Translations under genes and position numbers: made by a program
Notes under the pieces: model-generated
The model's input: only the letters and a program-made list of their open reading frames with translations
The model's database searches: none
What the model was told of the DNA's origin: nothing
Source of the DNA: an uncultured Synergistales bacterium
Lineage (GTDB): Bacteria; Synergistota; Synergistia; Synergistales; Aminobacteriaceae
Length of the DNA: 32,680 bases
NCBI GenBank assembly: GCA_937897575.1
Contig: CALCQG010000093.1
Location: 1-32,680, forward strand
Reading direction: 5' to 3'
Shown here: one piece after another, positions 9,444 through 18,464 of the stretch
Layout of the letters: every line of letters begins with the position of its first letter
Position numbering within the stretch: position 1 is the stretch's first letter

Positions 9444-9884
9444 CAAGGCTCTCCCATGCACATTGTTCCAGATAAAAAAGAGGTCTGTTCGACCGTTGCC
9501 GGAGGTACTGTGAAAGTCATACACTACGGCCGATACTGTATCACGGCGCTGCAGACAGGACAATGTTGAATCCAGGATGACAGGAAGCCGCGACTGCCTT
9601 GAGCGTATTCCGTCGGTTTTTCCGATCTGTTGTATATACTCCGTCGCCATGACGGTCCCTATTGAAAATCATAGTCTTCGTTCCTTCTCCGTATGAATAC
9701 CATGCGTCGCAAAACTGTGGCTGTCCCAAGGGGCTTGACTCCGGTTCCTCACGATCCTTCGGAACGGAAAAGCGAATCGTGCCTCGCTCCTTCGTGGCAA
9801 TGAAAATACGCTGAACGGCATGGAAAGGGAACAAGTCGCAGGGACAGGACGTCCTCTCCCCAACGTCCCCAGGGTCATCTGGGG

Positions 9885-10997
9885 TCAGTCTCGGGTCTCC
9901 AGTCGACGATACAGGGCCAGAAGCTTAGCCTCTTCGCTCGTCCACTGGTACTTTTCCTGCACGGCCCTCCGGCCGTTCAAGCCCATCTCCGCTCCGCCGC
10001 ATAAAAGGGTCTGCACGGCCGCAGCCATCTCCTCGCGGTTGAAAATGGGGTCAACGCAGACGCCGCAGCGATTGGCCTCGATGAGGGATGCCCATACGCT
10101 GAACCGGGAGGCGAGTATGGGGATGCCGTACTGCATGTACTCGAAGAACTTAGTTAATTCTTTCCTGCAGTAGTGCTCCGATGGAGGGAAGAGCGCAAGC
10201 CCCGCCGTCCAGCCGCCGGATTCGTAATAGCCTGTTATGGTATCAAAAGGCATGTACTCGCCTGCGCCCACGATATGCAGTCGGTTTTCGTCTTTTCCCG
10301 CATGCGCCCGTATCTGTTCCGCGAGGGATGGGGTGCATCTGCCGATCATATAGACGTGAAGCGAAGGGTGGATATCGAGAAGGCTGACATGGGTGAAAGC
10401 GCCCCGTTCTTGCGTGATATTCCCCGTGTAGATCACGCGCAGGGGTTCTCGAACCGGAAGGTGGGATCGGCCGGCTGGCTTATGCTCCGGGAGCGGATAG
10501 TTGAGTATCTTTTCCGCATTCGGCAAGCGCTCTTCGTAGTATTTCTCCGCAATAATCGTCTGAAAAACTCTCGCTACGCAGGGTTCAAAAATGCGGATCA
10601 CGAGGGCGAGAAAACGCCTCACGAATGGGGGCAGGTGTTCTACCTTCGCGATACTTGTCGCGTAGTCCTCGTGGACGTCGTACACGACTTTTTTGCCGGA
10701 CAGCCTGAACAGCAGCCCCGCCGGGATGAGTTCTGGGTCGTGAAAGTGGTAGACGTCGCATCGTACCTTTTTCGCGGCGACGAACATGCGCAGAACATCT
10801 CTCGTCATCCGCCGCAGCCGCATGCAGGACCTGGCTCCGATGTCGATTATGGCGACTCCGTTCTTTCGTTCGTCTCCCTGGCCGTCCGCAACGAGGAGAA
10901 AGACCTCATGGCCGCCTTCGGCCAGGCTTGTGCATTCTTTGAGAAAAATGCGGGGGTCCCGGCGGTCGTGGACCGTGGTCAGGTGAGCGACGCGCAT
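9885..10997 (-). CDS. Glycosyltransferase family 4
   Basis: MRVAHLTTVHDRRDPRIFLKEC, YHFHDPEL, VYDVHED, KFFEYMQYGIPILAS GT-B motifs. Confidence 0.93.
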   Translation of the reverse strand: MRVAHLTTVHDRRDPRIFLKECTSLAEGGHEVFLLVADGQGDERKNGVAIIDIGARSCMRLRRMTRDVLRMFVAAKKVRCDVYHFHDPELIPAGLLFRLSGKKVVYDVHEDYATSIAKVEHLPPFVRRFLALVIRIFEPCVARVFQTIIAEKYYEERLPNAEKILNYPLPEHKPAGRSHLPVREPLRVIYTGNITQERGAFTHVSLLDIHPSLHVYMIGRCTPSLAEQIRAHAGKDENRLHIVGAGEYMPFDTITGYYESGGWTAGLALFPPSEHYCRKELTKFFEYMQYGIPILASRFSVWASLIEANRCGVCVDPIFNREEMAAAVQTLLCGGAEMGLNGRRAVQEKYQWTSEEAKLLALYRRLETRD

Positions 10998-11133
10998 TGT
11001 TTCGTACGCCTTGTGTTTTCAGCGATTTGTCGTGCTCTTTGTCCGACACGACGGTTCCGTGGACCCGCTGGAAAAGGGGCGGTGCAAGGATGAAGTGAGG
11101 GGTGTGCTGCAGCTGCCGGAAAGCGCGTGTTTC

Positions 11134-11889
11134 TCATCTGTACAGGCAGGAGAGCATTTTTATGAAGAAGAGGTGGGCGATGAGGGAGACGCTTCGATAC
11201 ACCGAGAGATGTTCGAGGTCCCGGTATACCGTCCAGTGATGTCGTACCAGAGCTAATTTGTTGCTCGACAGTGACCCGGGCCGCACTCTATACTGCATCA
11301 GGACATCGGGCATTCCGTAGATGAACTTCTCCTTCTTCAGTATCTGCAGCCAGAGAGCATAGTCATTCCGTTTCCTGATGTCCGGGACGATGAACTTCCC
11401 CAACGAGAGGGCATCGTACATCACAGACGAATTCCCCACGGGGCCATGCAAGAGTAAGTCGTCGTAGCTCATCTTTTCTCGTGCCCGGACGACTTTTCCT
11501 GTCGGGGATCCCCCTTCGTCCATTTTTTCATAGGAGGTGCACGTAAAGGCGACCCCTGTCCTCTCCATGAAGGAGACCTGTTTTTCCAATTTGTTCTCCG
11601 CCCACAGGTCGTCGCTGTCGAGAAAGGCGATGTATCTGCCGGCCGCGAACGCCATACCCTTTGTCCGGGCGGCCGCCGTGCCGGAATTCTTATCAAGGGC
11701 GTAGTACCGGATTCGTCTGTCGAGCTGAGCGTAGTTTTTGAGAAGAGCCGGCGTTTCATCCGTGGACCCGTCATCGACGACAAGCATCTCCCAATACGGG
11801 TACGTCTGGTGACGGACGGACTCGATGGTATGGGACAAAAATGCTCCGCTGTTATACGTCGGCGTGACGATGGAGACCAGACTGTGCAT
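11134..11889 (-). CDS. Glycosyltransferase family 2 (TuaG-like)
   Basis: LVSIVTPTYN, VDDGSTD, AFLDSDDLWAENKLEKQ, RKRNDYALWL, SLSSNK; start uncertain (ATG 11889; frame open to 11961). Confidence 0.92.
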   Translation of the reverse strand: MHSLVSIVTPTYNSGAFLSHTIESVRHQTYPYWEMLVVDDGSTDETPALLKNYAQLDRRIRYYALDKNSGTAAARTKGMAFAAGRYIAFLDSDDLWAENKLEKQVSFMERTGVAFTCTSYEKMDEGGSPTGKVVRAREKMSYDDLLLHGPVGNSSVMYDALSLGKFIVPDIRKRNDYALWLQILKKEKFIYGMPDVLMQYRVRPGSLSSNKLALVRHHWTVYRDLEHLSVYRSVSLIAHLFFIKMLSCLYR

Positions 11890-12114
11890 TCGGGCAGATA
11901 CCCTCTTTTCACTACGAGACACAAGACGGCATTCGACGATATCGGGCCTCTTGCTTCTCACCTCAAGGCAAGCACGTCAGAATCTTGTGGTACGCTTATC
12001 CTTTTTCGTGCAAAGTATCATAACACGCTCCAGATCTCCGCGCCAAGCGCTCGCTTGGTTACCTGCGTCCTCCATATGGCCTCGGACGAGGGGACAGTCC
12101 CCTGATTGCGCCCT

Positions 12115-12142
12115 TTGTACCGATGACTCCGTGGTATATAAT
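12115..12142 (+). promoter_or_regulatory. Putative sigma70 promoter for the Ldh2 gene
   Basis: TTGTAC-N16-TATAAT upstream of SD AGGAG and ATG 12219. Confidence 0.55.
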
Positions 12143-12218
12143 CCTAGGGATTGCGCCGTACGCGGAGAAAGACCTCGTGCCGATGAAGAGCGTGCGACCC
12201 CGGTGAAAGGAGAACAAC

Positions 12219-13322
12219 ATGTTTCCCGTAGACCCTAACAGTCTCTATGTCCGCTCTGAAGCCCTGCGTGCCTTTATGGAGGATGTGTTCAGAACCCTCG
12301 GCGTTCCTGAGGGGGACGCCCGCATCGGCGCCGATGTGCTTCTGGAGGCGGACCTCCGGGGTATCGACAGCCACGGGTCGGGACGGCTCTGGATCTACGT
12401 GGACCGGTTGAAGGCGGGTAAACAGCCCTCCATCACGACGGTAACCACCGTCACCGAAGACCCTGGGACGGCGCTGCTCGACGGCGGTTCGGGGCTGGGG
12501 CACGTCGTGGCCGTCAAGGCCATGGAGGTTGCCTTGCGCAAGGCGAAGGAGACGGGGATTGCAGGCATTGCCGTACGGAACTCGAGCCACTTCGGCTTCG
12601 CCGGGTACTACCCCCTCATGGCGATCGAGCAGGGCATGGTGGGCATGGCCTTCACCAACGCCCGGCCGTCCATCTGCCCCACCTTCGGCAGCGAACCCAT
12701 GCTGGGGACCAACCCCATCGCCTTCGGCGCGCCCACGGACGTGGAGTTCCCCTTCCTGTTCGACGCCGCCACGTCCATCATCCAGCGAGGCGCGGTGGAG
12801 CTCTACGACCGCCTCGGCATGGACCTCCCCGAAGGGCTCGTCATTGACCCCGAGGGCAAGTCCCTCTCCGACCCCGCCGCCGTATTGAAAAGCATGGTGG
12901 AGGGAAGCGCCGCGCTTCTGCCTCTGGGGGGCCTGGGCGAGGCGACGGGGGGCTACAAGGGGTACGGCCTCGCCGCCATGGTGGAGATACTGTCCGCCGC
13001 CTTCCAGAACGGCCCGTATCTGAGGCAGGTGACGGGCGTCGGAATGGGACACTTCTTCATCGTCATCGACGTGTCGCGGTTCCTCCCGCTGCCGATCTTC
13101 AAAAGCGTGGCGGGGAACATCCTCCGAGACCTTCAGGGTTCGAGAAAGATCCCCGGGGAATCGCGCATTTATGTGGCGGGAGAAAAAGAGTATGATACAC
13201 GAAAAGAACGGCTCGAGCGGGGAGTCCCCCTTTCCAGGGAGACGCTGATGCAGCTCGACGCCATGGCCGAGGACTTGGGTGTATCTCCTCTGGATCGGTC
13301 CGGAAAGGAGCGTCGCTCATGA
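12219..13322 (+). CDS. Malate/L-lactate dehydrogenase family 2 (Ldh_2) oxidoreductase
   Basis: ADLRGIDSHG, VRNSSHFG, LGTNPIAFGAP, GGYKGYGLA, VAGEKE motifs. Confidence 0.93.
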   Translation: MFPVDPNSLYVRSEALRAFMEDVFRTLGVPEGDARIGADVLLEADLRGIDSHGSGRLWIYVDRLKAGKQPSITTVTTVTEDPGTALLDGGSGLGHVVAVKAMEVALRKAKETGIAGIAVRNSSHFGFAGYYPLMAIEQGMVGMAFTNARPSICPTFGSEPMLGTNPIAFGAPTDVEFPFLFDAATSIIQRGAVELYDRLGMDLPEGLVIDPEGKSLSDPAAVLKSMVEGSAALLPLGGLGEATGGYKGYGLAAMVEILSAAFQNGPYLRQVTGVGMGHFFIVIDVSRFLPLPIFKSVAGNILRDLQGSRKIPGESRIYVAGEKEYDTRKERLERGVPLSRETLMQLDAMAEDLGVSPLDRSGKERRS

Positions 13323-13618
13323 CCTTCGTATCGGAACAGGCCGCAGTCCATGACACAACACACCTTGGACTGAATGTCATCATCGAGGACGATGTGGAGA
13401 TCGCGGGGGCCGTGGAGATCGGGCACAACATGGTCCTCCGATCGGGCGTCCGGATCGGTGAGAACTCGAAGATACTGGACGGAACCGTTCTGAGGAAACT
13501 GCCGACCAAGACGTCCCTCTCCGCGACGACGGGGATAAAAACGTCTTTGCACTGTTTTGGCAAAGAATTCGGTAGTCTCCCGCTTGATACCGCCGGAACT
13601 TTGCTAGGTTTCATCTGA
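13319..13618 (+). pseudogene. Truncated hexapeptide-repeat (left-handed beta-helix) sugar N-acetyltransferase
   Basis: Hexapeptide repeats (LGLNVII, IGHNMVL, IGENSKI) and KLPTKTSLSATTG, then coding signal and GC break at about 13535; no acetyl-CoA-binding C-terminal half. ATGA overlap with Ldh2. Confidence 0.75.
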
Positions 13619-13650
13619 GGCTTTCCCCACACTACCAAGGATCAGCAACC
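13535..13650 (-). pseudogene. RelE/StbE-type toxin remnant
   Basis: Manual minus-strand translation VADPW*CGESLR*NLAKFRRYQAGDYRILC matches the RelE/ParE pattern DPR..G..L.G.L..FWRYRVGDYRI.C, with two in-frame stops; N-terminus lost. Confidence 0.75.
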
Positions 13651-13710
13651 CTTCGGCTGTGCCCATATGTTCCGCCTTACCTTTTCGGATGTCTAGGTTG
13701 TTCCACCTGC

Positions 13711-13866
13711 CTAAAGGCTTTGTTCATATGCAGCGACATCGAGTCCATGGCCGTCGAGGCATCGCTCCAACGTTTCACGCGTATATGAGCCTCGAAAACG
13801 ATCGGTCCGTTTCGACAGCGTTTCCTGATGTTTCTGTAATTTCTTGTCGAGACGCACGGCAAGCAT
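13711..13866 (-). pseudogene. Ribbon-helix-helix (CopG/RelB-like) antitoxin, degenerate
   Basis: SD GGAGAGGTG then ATG 13866: MLAVRLDKKLQKHQETLSKRTDRFRGSYTRETLERCLDGHGLDVAAYEQSL*, matching the MLAVRL...L.KRTGR....Y.REA.E..L pattern; upstream of the RelE remnant; TGcTATGCT extended -10 at 13894-13902. Confidence 0.72.
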
Positions 13867-13954
13867 TCACCTCTCCAATTTCCATTGAGACAAAGCATAG
13901 CAGAAATGCACTGATTACGGAAGAAAAAGCCGATACCTTCATCATGTCATAAGG

Positions 13955-13960
13955 TATAAT
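13955..13960 (+). promoter_or_regulatory. Putative -10 box for the rml operon, inside an imperfect palindrome
   Basis: TATAAT within TCATAagGTATaATACTATGA, about 110 nt upstream of rmlB. Confidence 0.4.
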
Positions 13961-14069
13961 ACTATGATCGTGTTCTTTATAAGTGGGTGTAAAAACTCGC
14001 AGCGTTGTTACCGTGAAACTGTACAGAACGCCACTTGTAAATAATTGTCAAAAGGAGGAATATACTTCA

Positions 14070-15125
14070 ATGAATTTCCTCATAACAGGCGGGTGTGGCT
14101 TTATCGGATCCAATCTTGTTAAGGCCGCTCTTGCATTAGGGTACTCGGTGGTCAACCTCGACAAACTCACCTATGCAGGCAATCTTTTCTCTCTTGCTGA
14201 CGTGGAGAATGCCCCCGGCTATACCTTCGTCCACGGTGACATATGCGATGGAGAACTTCTGGATGAATTATTCCGTGAGCACCAGCCCGACGGGGTCCTT
14301 CATCTCGCTGCTGAAAGCCACGTGGATCGATCCATCGATGGACCTGAGGCTTTCATCCAGACTAACATCGTGGGTACATTCCGCTTGCTTGAAGCCGCAA
14401 AGAAATACTGGAAAACTCTTCCCGAGAAAAAAAAGAACTCTTTCCGCTTCCTTCACGTCTCAACGGACGAAGTGTACGGCTCTTTAGGGCCCGAAGGCTT
14501 CTTTACAGAGAAGACCCCGTACGCCCCCAACTCGCCCTACTCGGCGTCCAAGGCTTCTTCTGACCACCTTGTGCGATCCTATTATCACACCTACGGTTTG
14601 CCCATCGTCACCACCAACTGCTCCAACAACTATGGGCCGTGCCAGTTCCCAGAAAAACTTGTGCCGCTCGTTCTCAACCGTGCGGTGAAAGGGGAGTCCC
14701 TTCCTGTATACGGAGACGGTATGAACATCCGAGACTGGCTCTACGTTGAGGACCACTGCAGCGCTCTGCTGACTGTTTTTGGAAAGGGGCGTCCGGGTGA
14801 GACCTATAACATTGGGGGAAACAGCGAGCGGACAAATATCCACATCGTCCGCACGCTTTGCGGTCTCCTCGACGAATTCCGCCCCCGGAAAGACGGCATG
14901 AAGTACGAAGAACAGATTGCCTTTGTCCCCGATCGCCCAGGCCACGACCGTCGCTACGCCATCGACGCGAGCAAGATAAAGAGCGAGCTCGGCTGGCAGC
15001 CTCAGGAAACCTTCGAGACTGGCATCCGCAAGACCGTCCTCTGGTACTTGAACAACAGCCGGTGGACCGAATCCATCCTCGACGGTACCTACCGGTGCGA
15101 ACGCCTCGGATTGGGAGGGAAATGA
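14070..15125 (+). CDS. rmlB: dTDP-glucose 4,6-dehydratase
   Basis: [67 protein letters not shown] before ATG 14070. Confidence 0.97.
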   Translation: MNFLITGGCGFIGSNLVKAALALGYSVVNLDKLTYAGNLFSLADVENAPGYTFVHGDICDGELLDELFREHQPDGVLHLAAESHVDRSIDGPEAFIQTNIVGTFRLLEAAKKYWKTLPEKKKNSFRFLHVSTDEVYGSLGPEGFFTEKTPYAPNSPYSASKASSDHLVRSYYHTYGLPIVTTNCSNNYGPCQFPEKLVPLVLNRAVKGESLPVYGDGMNIRDWLYVEDHCSALLTVFGKGRPGETYNIGGNSERTNIHIVRTLCGLLDEFRPRKDGMKYEEQIAFVPDRPGHDRRYAIDASKIKSELGWQPQETFETGIRKTVLWYLNNSRWTESILDGTYRCERLGLGGK

Positions 15126-15126
15126 C

Positions 15127-15180
15127 TTGAAGGGCATTGTCCTTGCGGAGGGGCGGCAACTATCTACACTCCATAACTGA
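15127..15180 (+). pseudogene. rmlA: N-terminal stub of glucose-1-phosphate thymidylyltransferase
   Basis: TTG AAG GGC ATT GTC CTT GCG = MKGIVLA right after the rmlB stop with SD GGGAGG; frameshifted GGAAT..LHSIT follows (cf. [18 protein letters not shown] at 22912), then homology ends. Confidence 0.8.
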
Positions 15181-15454
15181 GACCGGTACGACCATTAATA
15201 ACTGAACAGGCTCGTCCTTGAGCTCCTTGTTGGTGTGCTTGAGTTGATCATTATGGTAACTTGTATGATCCATGTCTGTTTGGTGGCAACAGTTCCAATG
15301 GTAGAGAGATTATCGGGTATTCTGAGAATATTGCATTAACAACATTTTGATATGCACGAGATGGATTCGAAATGCGTAAATCGAAAAGACTCAGACTTGT
15401 TGGATGGGAACAGTTGCGGCTATTACTTAACATAATTTATATAGGAGAGAATAA

Positions 15455-16006
15455 ATGAATGTTTTAGAAACACCCCTTTCTGGATTGAAAGTTATCGAAC
15501 CACAAGTTTTTAAAGACAAGAGAGGCTTCTTTCTTGAGACTTGGAATTGGCAACGATACACTGAAGTCGGTATCAAGGAAAAATTCGTTCAAGATAACCT
15601 TTCATTTTCAAAAGGAGGAGTTGTTCGAGGATTGCATTATCAATATCCTCACACTCAGGGGAAACTGGTTTATGTTTTGCATGGAGAGGTATTTGATGTT
15701 GCTGTGGACATTAGAAAAGATTCTCCAACTTTTGGCAGGTGGGAGGGAGTTATTCTCTCTGGTGAGAATAAAAAACAATTTTACGTCCCTGCGGGATTCG
15801 CTCACGGTTTCTGTGTCCTTAGTGAAAGTGCTCTATTTGCTTACAAATGTACGGATATCTACGTACCAGAAGCTGAGGGGGGGATCCTCTGGAACGATCC
15901 GGAGATAGGAATAGAATGGCCGATTTCTAATCCTATACTCTCTCAGAAAGATGAAAGATACCCTCTCCTGAAAGACTGGATTACTCAAGGTATTCCTGAT
16001 TTTTAG
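15455..16006 (+). CDS. rmlC: dTDP-4-dehydrorhamnose 3,5-epimerase
   Basis: DKRGFFLET, FVQDNLSFS, RGLHYQ, GEVFDVAVDIR, GFAHGF, ILSQKD. Confidence 0.97.
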   Translation: MNVLETPLSGLKVIEPQVFKDKRGFFLETWNWQRYTEVGIKEKFVQDNLSFSKGGVVRGLHYQYPHTQGKLVYVLHGEVFDVAVDIRKDSPTFGRWEGVILSGENKKQFYVPAGFAHGFCVLSESALFAYKCTDIYVPEAEGGILWNDPEIGIEWPISNPILSQKDERYPLLKDWITQGIPDF

Positions 16007-16215
16007 GAACGATTGATGCTTGAAAAAAGAGATGCTAACTCTCCTTACTACGATCAAGATCAACAATAACTCAAATGTAACGGAGCATTACTAATGTATA
16101 CGCTCATTCCTCTGGGTAAGACAGGCGGATTTTTAAAAGATGCAAGAATGGCCTAAAAATGAAACAGGAGAAAGCTAATAACTGAAATTTTTTCTTCACG
16201 AAGGAGGAGTAGATT

Positions 16216-17358
16216 ATGGCAATCCAACTTTTTGTTCCAACATTCGATGTTGAAGCTTGTATCGAAGAGATTAGAGAATGCCTCGAAAAAGGATGGACTG
16301 GATTGGGATTCAAAACAGTACAGTTTGAAGAGGCGTGGAAAAAATACACCGGATTCTCCAATGCTCATTTCCTAAATTCAGCAACAGTGGGTTTAAATCT
16401 CGCCTTTGAAATTTTAAAAGAACAATATGATTGGTCTGAGGGAGATGAGGTGATTACCACGCCTCTGACGTTTGTTTCCTCAAACCATGCAATTCTTTTA
16501 TCAGGTTTAAAACCTGTTTTTGCAGATATTGATGCTTATCTCTGTCTTGATCCTGTTGATATAGAAAAGAAAATAACTCCGAAGTCAAAAGCGGTTTTAT
16601 TTGTGGGTTTTGGAGGAAACACCGGGCAATACGAACGAGTTGTAGAATTGTGTGTAAAAAACGGGCTGAAGTTGATAGTGGATGCAGCCCATATGTCCGG
16701 TACCCGTCTTAACGGTAAGATTCCTGGTGATGAAGCAGATGTTCTCGTTTATTCCTTCCAGGCTGTGAAAAACCTTCCTACAGCGGATAGTGGGATGATC
16801 TGCTTTAAAAATACTGATTTCGACACTATTGTCCGCAGAAAAACTTGGTTAGGGATTAATAAGGATACCTATGCGCGTTTTGCTAACGAAAATGCAACGT
16901 ACAAATGGAAATACGATGTCGAGTACGTAGGATATAAGTATCATGGGAATTCGATTATGGCAGCAATCGGTTTAGCACAGATGCCGCACCTTGACATTGA
17001 CAATGCCTATCGCCGACAGATTGCGGAATGGTACACGAAAGGTTTTGAAGAATATAGTGAGAAGATTAAAATAGTACCGATTCCTAAAGGGTGTGAACCG
17101 TCCCGTCATCTTTTTCAGATTATAGTTGAGGATAGAGATGGATTGATGGCTTATCTAAATAAGAATGAGATATATCCAGGTGTCCATTATACAGACAATA
17201 CCCAGTATAGAATGTACGCATATGCTAATGGGACATGCACAAAAGCTGCTTATGTAAGTGACCATGTCATCTCGCTCCCCATGCATCTGAGGCTCTCTTA
17301 CGATGACGTTCAATATGTCATCAAGACGATATTGGAATATGTCTGCAATAATGGATAG
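16216..17358 (+). CDS. DegT/DnrJ/EryC1/StrS family NDP-sugar aminotransferase
   Basis: NSATVGL, GDEVITTPLTFVS, DAAH, YSFQAVKNL (PLP lysine), ISLPMH; SD AGGAGG. Confidence 0.95.
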   Translation: MAIQLFVPTFDVEACIEEIRECLEKGWTGLGFKTVQFEEAWKKYTGFSNAHFLNSATVGLNLAFEILKEQYDWSEGDEVITTPLTFVSSNHAILLSGLKPVFADIDAYLCLDPVDIEKKITPKSKAVLFVGFGGNTGQYERVVELCVKNGLKLIVDAAHMSGTRLNGKIPGDEADVLVYSFQAVKNLPTADSGMICFKNTDFDTIVRRKTWLGINKDTYARFANENATYKWKYDVEYVGYKYHGNSIMAAIGLAQMPHLDIDNAYRRQIAEWYTKGFEEYSEKIKIVPIPKGCEPSRHLFQIIVEDRDGLMAYLNKNEIYPGVHYTDNTQYRMYAYANGTCTKAAYVSDHVISLPMHLRLSYDDVQYVIKTILEYVCNNG

Positions 17359-17881
17359 ATCCTCAAAGTCGGCTATAAAGATCCGACCAATTCGGTTGGA
17401 TGATACACATTACATTATAAGATGGCGAAATGATGAAAATGTAAAAAGAAATCTCTATTCTCAGTCTGATTTAACGGAAGCGCAACATCTTAACTGGTTC
17501 CATAATCAGATCACAACAGGTCGATGCAGTCAATTCATTATTGAAGAGAATTGTCTTGGCGGAAGACCGTTGGGTACGGTGTTCATTAAGAATATAGATA
17601 AAAAAAATCAAAAAGGTGAATTCGGTATTTTTATTGGTGAAGCATGGGGCAGAGGAAAAGGATATGCCAGCCTTGCAACTGCCCTTATCCTTGACTATGC
17701 GTTTAAAGAATTAAAGTTAAACCGCGTTTACCTCACAGTTTTTTGTGATAATTTGCCGGCGATAAAAGCATATGAACGGGTTGGTTTTGTAAGAGAGGGG
17801 TTGCTTAGGCAAGATTATCTTCGCAGCGATGGTTTTGTCGATGTGGTGTATATGGGTATAACAGCGGAATTATGGGATTGA
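17351..17881 (+). CDS. GNAT (RimJ/PseH-like) NDP-aminosugar N-acetyltransferase
   Basis: RWRND, EFGIFIGE...GKGYA, LNRVYL.V..DN..AIKAYERVGF..EG.LR; overlaps the aminotransferase stop. Confidence 0.88.
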   Translation: MDRSSKSAIKIRPIRLDDTHYIIRWRNDENVKRNLYSQSDLTEAQHLNWFHNQITTGRCSQFIIEENCLGGRPLGTVFIKNIDKKNQKGEFGIFIGEAWGRGKGYASLATALILDYAFKELKLNRVYLTVFCDNLPAIKAYERVGFVREGLLRQDYLRSDGFVDVVYMGITAELWD

Positions 17882-18284
17882 CAATGAAAAGGATCACTTC
17901 TGCATGGAAGCATTGCTTTGTCCATGGAGGTTGCTCTTTATTTAGAAACACCCTAAATGTAAAAAAACATATCGTTGTTTACACGAACCTTGTTTCTCTT
18001 GGAAAGGATCAGGAGGCGTAAGCGATCATGAATATCCACAAAAAAACCGGTCTCACTTCTCTTCTCTCTGAAGAGGAGTGAGACGCAAGACACCACAATG
18101 AGCACATCAAGGTCAGTGACTTGGACTTGGCCAATTTATATCACGTCTTCTGTCCTACGGTCTACAATATCCTTGCCCGCGGAAAAGCACGAATACTCAG
18201 TTCCACGCAGTGGAGGGTGCTGCCTTGAAAGATAGAAAGGACCTTGAAGAGCGATTAAAGAAGGGGGCGAAATAGCATAAGCGA

Positions 18285-18350
18285 TAACCGGCGATATGAG
18301 GTGAACCGAATCAGTCGCTTGTGCCGAACGAAGTGAAGGCGAATCAAGGT
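18285..18350 (+). other. Structured non-coding insert 1 (about 66 nt) within the IS481 transposase
   Basis: Separates the K-R-Y-N-K-like segment from YPG; closed by GATAACC (18283-89)/GGTTATC (18348-54); contains in-frame stops; exact limits ambiguous. Confidence 0.65.
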
Positions 18351-18464
18351 TATCCTGGGCAGATGGTCCGCGGCGATACGAAACGTCTTCCGCTTCTCAA
18401 GGGGCAGAGAACAAGTGATCCGAGAAAGTATCTCTTTCTAGCGGCGGATGACTTCAGCAGAGAG

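Noticed and set aside
4556..9569. Long antisense ORFs (4556-5665, 5581-7308, 8301-9569)
   Set aside because: Opposite well-supported GT/flippase genes; no motifs; typical high-GC3 artefacts.
18282..18354. Canonical integron attC site
   Set aside because: AAC/GTT cores are present but no complementary L boxes at the expected spacing, no cassette array and no integrase in the window.
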